DNA of 30,097 bases from an uncultured Candidatus Rokubacteria bacterium. Its GTDB lineage: Bacteria; Methylomirabilota; Methylomirabilia; Rokubacteriales; DASRDR01. Positions 24,095-30,097 of the stretch are shown one piece after another (positions within the stretch are counted from its first letter, which is position 1; every line of letters begins with the position of its first letter). The notes beneath the pieces are model-generated. The model was given only the letters and a program-made list of their open reading frames with translations, was not told where the DNA came from and made no database searches. Position numbers and translations under genes: made by a program. The stretch is from positions 1 to 30,097 of the forward strand of contig CAWDVE010000026.1 of NCBI GenBank assembly GCA_963805625.1, in the 5' to 3' direction.

Positions 24095-24868
24095 GCCCTG
24101 GGCGGCGGCGGGCTGCCCGTCCGACGCGGACGCGGCCGGCAGCTCGACGATCCGGATGGGTGGCTGCTCCGGATCGAGGTCGCGGAGCACTGGCAGGCAC
24201 ACATTGTACACCGGGACCCCGCCGCGCGTCCGGCCTTCCGCCTGGCCGCGATGCGCGTGGCCATGGAAGACGAGGCTCACCGGATACCGGTTCAGCGGCT
24301 CCTCGAGCCGGCTCGACCCCAGGAACGGGTACAGCTCGGGCGGCTCTCCCTCCACCGTGGCCTGTATCGGCGAGTAGTGCAGGAGCGCCACCCGCTGGGG
24401 CGTGCGGAGGCGGGCGAGGGCGGACTCGAGCTTGAGCGCTTCGTCCACCGCCTCCCGGACAAAGCGCTTCATGATGTCCTCTCCCCACGGCTGAAGCGCC
24501 CGTTCCCCGAAGCCGCCACCGAACCCCTTCACGCCCCCGATCCCGAGGCCCGCGACCTCGCACCCGTCTCCGTCAAGGATGACGATGCCGGCGTCCCGGA
24601 GGATCTGCACGACCTCCTCGTGCTGTCCCGACTCGTAGTCGTGGTTGCCGAGGACTCCGACCGCTGGGATGCGGAGCGCCGTGCCCAGCTCTCGCGCTAG
24701 AACCCGCGCCTCCTCCGGAAGCCCGTAGTCCGTGAGATCCCCGCACAGTAGCAGGACTTCGGCATTCGCACTCGCGGCGGCGAAGAGGGGCTGGAACGCC
24801 CCCTGCGACGTCTTCGTACAGTGCAGATCACCGACGGCGGCGACGCGCACGGGGAGCCGGACGTCCAT
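24068..24868 (-). CDS. Calcineurin-like metallophosphoesterase
   Basis: GDLH, CGDLTD, LGNHD, LLHYSP, HGHAH. Confidence 0.9.
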   Translation of the reverse strand: MDVRLPVRVAAVGDLHCTKTSQGAFQPLFAAASANAEVLLLCGDLTDYGLPEEARVLARELGTALRIPAVGVLGNHDYESGQHEEVVQILRDAGIVILDGDGCEVAGLGIGGVKGFGGGFGERALQPWGEDIMKRFVREAVDEALKLESALARLRTPQRVALLHYSPIQATVEGEPPELYPFLGSSRLEEPLNRYPVSLVFHGHAHRGQAEGRTRGGVPVYNVCLPVLRDLDPEQPPIRIVELPAASASDGQPAAAQGSAPSRQLE

Positions 24869-25766
24869 TCCGACGGATGACGGAGAGACCGGGGGGCGGA
24901 TCCGGCAGTGGAGACGCGGGACTCGTCGGGATCGCCGCCGTCCAGTGTGCCACCTCGGCCGCCGTCATCTCCCCGCGGGGTGTGAGGCGGCCGTCCGAAT
25001 ACCCGCGTCCGGTGACGTCGAACAGGTACTGCTGCCGGGAGAGCAAGGTCCCATCGCACACGCGGGCGTCCTGTGCCCCGACTCGCTCCCGGTCGAGCCG
25101 GTGCAGGAGATGGGCCATCACCGCGTCGGGGATGACGGCTCGCTCGCCCGGATAGATGAAGCCAAAGAGGACGAGGTGGCTCAAGAGCACGCGCCACCGC
25201 CCGCCGAAGCGCCACAGTAGCCGGCGCCAGTCCAGCTCCCCCCCGCAGGCCAGCATCAGGTGGGCGACGTCGGCACCGTCGTAACGTTCGCGCTCCATGA
25301 TGAAAGCCTTGGACCAGATCATCTCCTCGGGCGGGCAGAGCCGGACCGGGACACCGAGCACACGGCCGGGGGCGGCATGCGTGAACCAGAGGTCGTCGAC
25401 CATGGCAACGCCGTTGCCCGCGCCGAAGATGAGATCGATGAAGCGATCCCCGGCATACGCCTTGCCCAGCCAGTGCGGGAACGTGAGCTCGGTCGCGAAG
25501 CCGGCCTCACCAAGCACGGCGAGCGCCGACTCGCAGTCCTCCTTCCGGAGGAAGACGTCCAGGTCCTTCGTGTCCCGGACAATGCCGGTGTACGGGGCGA
25601 GAGCGTGAGCTCCACCGATCAGGAACTCCACGCCGCCCTGGCGGAGCGCTGCCAGCGCCTCGAGATACACACGCCGCGTTTCCTGGTCGAGGGCGGCATC
25701 GGACCCGGCCAAGGCCGCACCCTCCGGGGGGAAGCTCGCCGCGTTCACAGCGAGATTTCGCGGCAC
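24828..25766 (-). CDS. Uncharacterised nucleotidyltransferase-fold protein
   Basis: 'FLIGGAHA...RDTKDLDVF' (GG...DxD), 'HWLGKA', 'IDLIF', 'EEMIWSK..ERERYDGADVAHL'. Confidence 0.8.
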   Translation of the reverse strand: MPRNLAVNAASFPPEGAALAGSDAALDQETRRVYLEALAALRQGGVEFLIGGAHALAPYTGIVRDTKDLDVFLRKEDCESALAVLGEAGFATELTFPHWLGKAYAGDRFIDLIFGAGNGVAMVDDLWFTHAAPGRVLGVPVRLCPPEEMIWSKAFIMERERYDGADVAHLMLACGGELDWRRLLWRFGGRWRVLLSHLVLFGFIYPGERAVIPDAVMAHLLHRLDRERVGAQDARVCDGTLLSRQQYLFDVTGRGYSDGRLTPRGEMTAAEVAHWTAAIPTSPASPLPDPPPGLSVIRRNGRPAPRARRRRR

Positions 25767-25778
25767 GGGGCGTGCCTG

Positions 25779-26192
25779 TCAGCTCGCTCGGGGCTCGTCT
25801 CCTGACCGCGAGACGAGGCCATCGATGGCATCGCGGAGCTGCCCGAGTTTGAAGGGTTTCTCGAGATAGCTGGCCGCGCCGAGCCGCAGCGCGCTCGCCG
25901 CGACCTGACCGCCGCCGAACGCGGTCACGAGCACCACGGGCACCTGCGGAAACTCGCGATGCAGCACCGGCAGGAGGTCGAGACCAGTGAGCCCAGGCAT
26001 CTCCTTGTCCAGGATGATCAGATCGAACGGCGCCCCGCGGAGCGTCTCCACCACGCGCGTGCCACGATCCCGCTCCGTCACCTGGAATCCGTCGGCTTCG
26101 AGCGTTCTGCGCAGGAGAGCCCGCATCTCGTCGTCGTCATCGACGACGAGCACCCGCGCGGTCGGCCCCGGACGGTCGTCGGCCTCACGCAC
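25779..26192 (-). CDS. Single-domain response regulator (REC)
   Basis: VLVVDDD, ILDKEMPG, VTAFG, YLEKPF; GTG 26192 follows GGGAGG (alternative ATG 26228). Confidence 0.9.
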   Translation of the reverse strand: MREADDRPGPTARVLVVDDDDEMRALLRRTLEADGFQVTERDRGTRVVETLRGAPFDLIILDKEMPGLTGLDLLPVLHREFPQVPVVLVTAFGGGQVAASALRLGAASYLEKPFKLGQLRDAIDGLVSRSGDEPRAS

Positions 26193-26241
26193 GACTACCT
26201 CCCTTCTGCCGAACCAGGAGACTCCCATGCCACTGAATGTA

Positions 26242-26256
26242 GCAAAGCGCGTGCCA
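26242..26256 (-). promoter_or_regulatory. Sigma54 promoter (consensus) for REC / NTase / phosphoesterase
   Basis: Minus strand TGGCACGCGCTTTGC, just after the activator stop codon. Confidence 0.8.
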
Positions 26257-26258
26257 GA

Positions 26259-27626
26259 TCATGACGACTGCTGGTCCGTGAACCCTGGGCCCACGCGCAT
26301 CATGTTGGCCTGCATCCGCTGAAGTGTCCGTACGCTGATCCCGAGGATACGGGCCGCGGCCCGCTTGTCGCCTCGGACCTCGTCGAGGACGCGGCGGATG
26401 TACTGGCTCTCCACCTCGGCCAGGGATGGGCGCACCCCCAGCTCGCCGGTCGAGCCGGGGGTGAACTCGATCCGGAGGTCGTCCCGCGTGATGTGCCGGC
26501 CCTTGGCGAGGGTCGCCGCCCGCTCGACGACGTTCTCCAACTCGCGGACGTTCCCCGGCCAGTTGTGCTCGAGGAGCCACTTGAGTGCCTCCTCGTCAAA
26601 GCCTTCGATCTCCTTGCCCATCCCGGCCGCCGCCCGCTTCAGGAAGTGCTCGGCGAGAAGCGGGATGTCCTCCGGCCGTTCCTTGAGGCTGGGGATCCGG
26701 ATGGGGATGACGGCCAGACGGTAGTAGAGGTCCTCCCGGAACTTCCCCTGCCGCACGAAGGCCGGCAGATCCCGGTTGGTCGCGCTGATGAGACGCAGAT
26801 CCACCTTGATCTCCTCGTTGCCGCCCACAGGCCGGACGACGCGGTCCTGGAGGGCACGGAGCAGTTTGACCTGCAGTGACTGGGGCATCTCGGCGATCTC
26901 ATCGAGAAGGAGGGTGCCACCCTGGGCCTCAACGAAGAGGCCCCGCCGCTTCCGGTCAGCGCCGGTGAAGGCTCCCCTCTCGTGGCCAAACAGCTCGGAT
27001 TCCAGCAGGGTCTCAGGAATGGCCGCACAGTTGACGGCGACGAACCGACCCTCGCGCCGGCCGCTGTGCCAGTGGATCGCCCGCGACACGAGCTCCTTGC
27101 CCGAGCCGCTGTCGCCCAGGAGCAGGACCGGAGCATCGGTGTCCGCCACCACCCGGATCTGCTCGAACACGGCCTCCATCGCCTTCGACCGGCCGAGGAT
27201 ATTGTCGAAGCTGTAGCGGCGCTCGACCTCGGCCCGGAGCCGACGGTTTTCCTCCCGGATCTGCTGGTCCTCCACGGCCCGCTTGACGACCAGCGACAGC
27301 TCCGGAAGCTTGAAGGGCTTGGTCAGGTAGTCGTACGCGCCCTGACGCATGGCATCGATCGCGCTCTCGAGGCTCCCGAACGCGGTCATGAGGATCACGC
27401 GCGCCCGTGGCTGGACGCGCTGGGCCTCTCGAAGCACGGCCAGGCCGTCCACCGGCTCCATGACGAGGTCAGTCAGGACGACCGCGTACTCCTCGCGCCC
27501 GAGCGCGGTCTGGGCGTCCTCCCCTCCCGTCACGGCCGTCACCGCCCAGCCTTCCACCTCCAGATGACGCCTGAGAAGCGCCACCATATCGGGATCGTTG
27601 TCCACCACGAGGATTCGGGGCTTCAT
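26259..27626 (-). CDS. Sigma54-dependent response regulator (NtrC/AtoC/ZraR family: REC-AAA+-Fis HTH)
   Basis: GDSGSGKE, ESELFGH, GAFTGA, LLLDEI, FREDLYYRL, WPGNVRELEN, HTH 'AARILGISVRTLQR'. Confidence 0.95.
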   Translation of the reverse strand: MKPRILVVDNDPDMVALLRRHLEVEGWAVTAVTGGEDAQTALGREEYAVVLTDLVMEPVDGLAVLREAQRVQPRARVILMTAFGSLESAIDAMRQGAYDYLTKPFKLPELSLVVKRAVEDQQIREENRRLRAEVERRYSFDNILGRSKAMEAVFEQIRVVADTDAPVLLLGDSGSGKELVSRAIHWHSGRREGRFVAVNCAAIPETLLESELFGHERGAFTGADRKRRGLFVEAQGGTLLLDEIAEMPQSLQVKLLRALQDRVVRPVGGNEEIKVDLRLISATNRDLPAFVRQGKFREDLYYRLAVIPIRIPSLKERPEDIPLLAEHFLKRAAAGMGKEIEGFDEEALKWLLEHNWPGNVRELENVVERAATLAKGRHITRDDLRIEFTPGSTGELGVRPSLAEVESQYIRRVLDEVRGDKRAAARILGISVRTLQRMQANMMRVGPGFTDQQSS

Positions 27627-29101
27627 GACTGCTCCTTCCTGTCTTCAGGCCCGGCCTCTGGAAGCCAGACGGTGAAGGTGGTGCCCTCGCCGGGCGTGCT
27701 CGCCACGTGGATCTCGCTTCCATTTGACCTCACGAGGTCCCGACAGATGGCGAGGCCGAGACCGGCCCCTTCGCGAGCGGGCTTGGTGCTGAAGAAGGGA
27801 TCGAAGATCCGGGGTAGGACGTTCTCCGGGATCCCTGCGCCCGTGTCCCGCACCGTGATGACAACGCCGGGCCGACCTTCGTCGGCCCGGCGGGCACCCT
27901 TGACCTCGACCCGCCCCCCCGCCGGAGTCGCTTCGATGGCGTTCGTCAGGAGGTTGATCAGGACCTGCTGGAGGTGCCCGGGGTCGACGCACACCTGCGG
28001 AAGGGCCGGCGGGATCGAGACCGCGAGGGTCACGCCGCGACCCTTGGCGAAGTGCTGGAGAAGCGGCCGCAGCGCGTCCGTGACCGACGCGGGCGCGACA
28101 GCCGCTCGCTCGGGCTCTCGCTGGCGGAAGGGATCCAGGGCCGCACGGATCATCCGGGAGATCCGGTCGATCTGGGTGATGATGACGTTGAGGTCTTCGC
28201 GGAGCGGCGAGTCCGTTGGCAGCGCGCGGAGTGTCAGCTCGGCGCGCCCGGCGATGATGTTGAGCGGCGTCCCCACCTCGTGGGCCATGCTCGAGCAGAG
28301 CTTGCCGGCGATCGCGAGCGACTCGGTCTGTCGTAGCCGGCGCATGAGCTCGAGCGACCGGTCCGTCTCGGTCTCCGCCCGCCCGCGAGCGTCCTCCAGC
28401 CGTTCTGTCATCCGGTTGAAGGCCGCCGCCACCTTCCCCAGCTCGTCGCGGCTCCGGACCGGGACGGGCGCGCGGGACTCGCCGGCCGCGACACGCTCGA
28501 TGCCCTGCATCAGGTCGGCGACCGGCCGGAACACGAGGCGCTGCAGGGCCACCCAGACAACGAGGCCCAGCAAGAGGACGAGGACACCGCCCCGCAGCGC
28601 GATCTTGTAGCTCTCGCCCAGAAGTTCGGCCTCCAGGCGGCCCGCGATGAAGGCGATCTCGAGCACCCCTTCGTCGTTCCCGGAGGACCGGACCGGGAGC
28701 AGCATCGTGTGGAGCCGGATGCCGCCACTCTGGTGCTCCACGACCGCAGGCTGGCCCGTGTCCCGGACCTGGCGATGTCGATCGAGGGGCACGCCGGGGT
28801 CGCCGGTGAGAAGGTTCGCGTCGACGCGTGGCGAAAGGCTCCGGTCGAGCAATCGGATCCGGACGATCTCGGTTTGCTTTACGACCAGATCACGGGCCAG
28901 ACGCTCCACGTCGACCGGCGTGCCGCTGCGAAGCGCGTTCTCCACCGCGAGTCGGATCGCCGCGCTCGTGACGCTCACGCGCAGGTCGAACTCCGCCCGC
29001 CGCTGGGCGCGCTCATCCTGGACTAGAACGTATGCGAAGAGGGCGACGACCAGCACCATCGGCACGAGGAGGAGTAGGAACAGGCGAAGTCTCAGCCCCA
29101 C
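27623..29101 (-). CDS. Membrane sensor histidine kinase (2 TM, extracytoplasmic sensor, HAMP, HisKA, HATPase)
   Basis: HAMP 'RDELGKVAAAFNRM'; H-box AHEVGTPLN; N-box QVLINLLTNA; DTGAG, FDPFFSTK, GAGLGL; ATGA overlap with the regulator. Confidence 0.95.
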   Translation of the reverse strand: MGLRLRLFLLLLVPMVLVVALFAYVLVQDERAQRRAEFDLRVSVTSAAIRLAVENALRSGTPVDVERLARDLVVKQTEIVRIRLLDRSLSPRVDANLLTGDPGVPLDRHRQVRDTGQPAVVEHQSGGIRLHTMLLPVRSSGNDEGVLEIAFIAGRLEAELLGESYKIALRGGVLVLLLGLVVWVALQRLVFRPVADLMQGIERVAAGESRAPVPVRSRDELGKVAAAFNRMTERLEDARGRAETETDRSLELMRRLRQTESLAIAGKLCSSMAHEVGTPLNIIAGRAELTLRALPTDSPLREDLNVIITQIDRISRMIRAALDPFRQREPERAAVAPASVTDALRPLLQHFAKGRGVTLAVSIPPALPQVCVDPGHLQQVLINLLTNAIEATPAGGRVEVKGARRADEGRPGVVITVRDTGAGIPENVLPRIFDPFFSTKPAREGAGLGLAICRDLVRSNGSEIHVASTPGEGTTFTVWLPEAGPEDRKEQS

Positions 29102-29121
29102 GGGGGCCTCAGTTTAGCACG

Positions 29122-29164
29122 CGTCCGACGCGCGACAGCCCGGCGTGCGGGCGACAGGGTGGCG
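29122..29164. promoter_or_regulatory. Degenerate tandem UAS between the kinase gene and the divergent sigma54 promoter
   Basis: CGTCC gacgcg CGACA gcc CGGCG tgcggg CGACA ggg TGGCG; 82 nt from the promoter at 29239. Confidence 0.55.
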
Positions 29165-29238
29165 TTGAGCCTCGAGGCATTCTCATCGATTTCGCGGGTA
29201 GTTGCCGCACGCGGACACATGCGGGGCGGCGACTCCAC

Positions 29239-29253
29239 TGGCACGTGCCTTGC
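29239..29253 (+). promoter_or_regulatory. Sigma54 promoter (consensus)
   Basis: TGGCACGTGCCTTGC. Confidence 0.85.
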
Positions 29254-29417
29254 TCCGCTCGCCCACTCAGAAGGTGCGGATCGATCCAGTGCCAGGGAGA
29301 ACGAAGCGCATGAACCGCAGCATCGCCTGTAGCGGGGAAGAGGGCGGCGAACGTTGACGACGCAGCCAGCCTCGCTCGTTCGATCGACCGAACGCGCGAG
29401 TACGGACGGAGCAGAAT

Positions 29418-29729
29418 ATGAAGAGTCGGTCCATCCTGGAAGGGCTCCTGATGTCGCTCCTGCTCCTGGGCGGCTGCTACATGCCGCCCAGGACGATGCA
29501 GGCCCCGCCACCGCCGCCCGCGGCTCCCGTGGAAGCGGTGCCGGCGCAGCCCGGCCCGAGCTACGTCTGGGTCCCCGGGTCCTACACGTGGCAGCCGGCC
29601 AGCCGGACGTACGTCTGGGTGCCGGGACATTGGACCATCCCCCCACAGGGCTTCGTCTGGGTGCCGGGCCACTGGGAGACACAGGCGACTGGCTCGGTGT
29701 GGGTCGATGGGCAGTGGCGTCACAACTGA
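29418..29729 (+). CDS. YXWGXW-repeat lipoprotein
   Basis: Lipobox LGGC; Pro linker; YVWVPGSY, YVWVPGHW, FVWVPGHW, VWVDGQW. Confidence 0.88.
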   Translation: MKSRSILEGLLMSLLLLGGCYMPPRTMQAPPPPPAAPVEAVPAQPGPSYVWVPGSYTWQPASRTYVWVPGHWTIPPQGFVWVPGHWETQATGSVWVDGQWRHN

Positions 29730-29808
29730 CGGCAGGGGTGCACGGTCCATGCCGCCGGGTCGCGTGATGCCCTCCGCCGGTGCGGGGACACCCTGTCCAC
29801 CCTGCCCC

Positions 29809-29940
29809 GTGACAACCCCGACGCCTAGCCAGCCGGCGAAGGGCTCCGAGGTCCAAATGGTTCGGTGTAAGGCGCACGGTATCGCGTACGACAGCGAGAG
29901 GGAGGTGTGTCCAGAGTGCGCCAAGGGGCCATCCGCTTGA
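29809..29940 (+). CDS. Small CxxH...CxxC zinc-finger-like protein
   Basis: ...MVRCKAHGIAYDSEREVCPECAKG*; start uncertain. Confidence 0.55.
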   Translation: MTTPTPSQPAKGSEVQMVRCKAHGIAYDSEREVCPECAKGPSA

Positions 29941-30006
29941 ACTCGGTAACCCGCGCGGGATAGTCTCGCCAGCTCGAAATCCGACGACTGTCGCGTCGCC
30001 CGGCGC

Positions 30007-30038
30007 CGTCAGGATGTCGCCCACGCGACATGATGTCG
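30007..30038. promoter_or_regulatory. UAS (core 30015-30030); target promoter predicted beyond the window end
   Basis: CGTCA gga TGTCG cccacg CGACA tga TGTCG. Confidence 0.72.
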
Positions 30039-30097
30039 TCGGATTCAAGCTGCGGACTCTAGCCGGCGTCGATCCGATTCGCGATTGGCGTTGCTGC

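Noticed and set aside
29310-29357. 15-aa ORF MNRSIACSGEEGGER after the 29239 promoter
   Set aside because: Too short and motif-free to support, although an RBS-like GGGAG precedes it; may be a deletion remnant
1024-30030. Recurrent palindrome read as CRISPR repeats or IS/MITE ends
   Set aside because: Copies are single, kilobases apart, have variable internal spacers, lack cas or transposase genes, and sit at fixed distances from sigma54 motifs

Overview
High-GC bacterial window with no rRNA, tRNA, CRISPR array or mobile element that I can see. The gene content resembles a soil lineage such as Ca. Rokubacteria/Methylomirabilota, but this is inference only. The window is a dense island of general-stress, stationary-phase and desiccation genes: treZ plus a glycogen debranching enzyme, two BON proteins, CsbD, DUF1328/YtjA, DUF3309, a DUF883 / YqjE-holin / DUF3618 trio, a DksA-like protein, an AI-2E permease, PBP1B, small lipoproteins and micro-proteins. 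It also encodes a HAMP histidine kinase and an NtrC-family sigma54 activator. The main signal is non-coding. Thirteen sigma54 (-24/-12) promoter motifs lie in front of most transcription units. Twelve of them are paired, 52-122 nt upstream, with a recurrent palindrome CG(T/C)CA-N3-TGTCG-N6-CGACA-N3-TG(A/T/G)CG, found as 8 perfect cores and 2 degenerate ones, all intergenic. This points to a sigma54/enhancer-binding-protein-driven general stress regulon, plausibly run by the local two-component system. Several members are decaying: an SOD remnant, a frameshifted receiver domain, an internally deleted DUF748-like gene and a Cys-rich gene with an in-frame TGA. Family assignments come from my own motif recognition; no database search was run.
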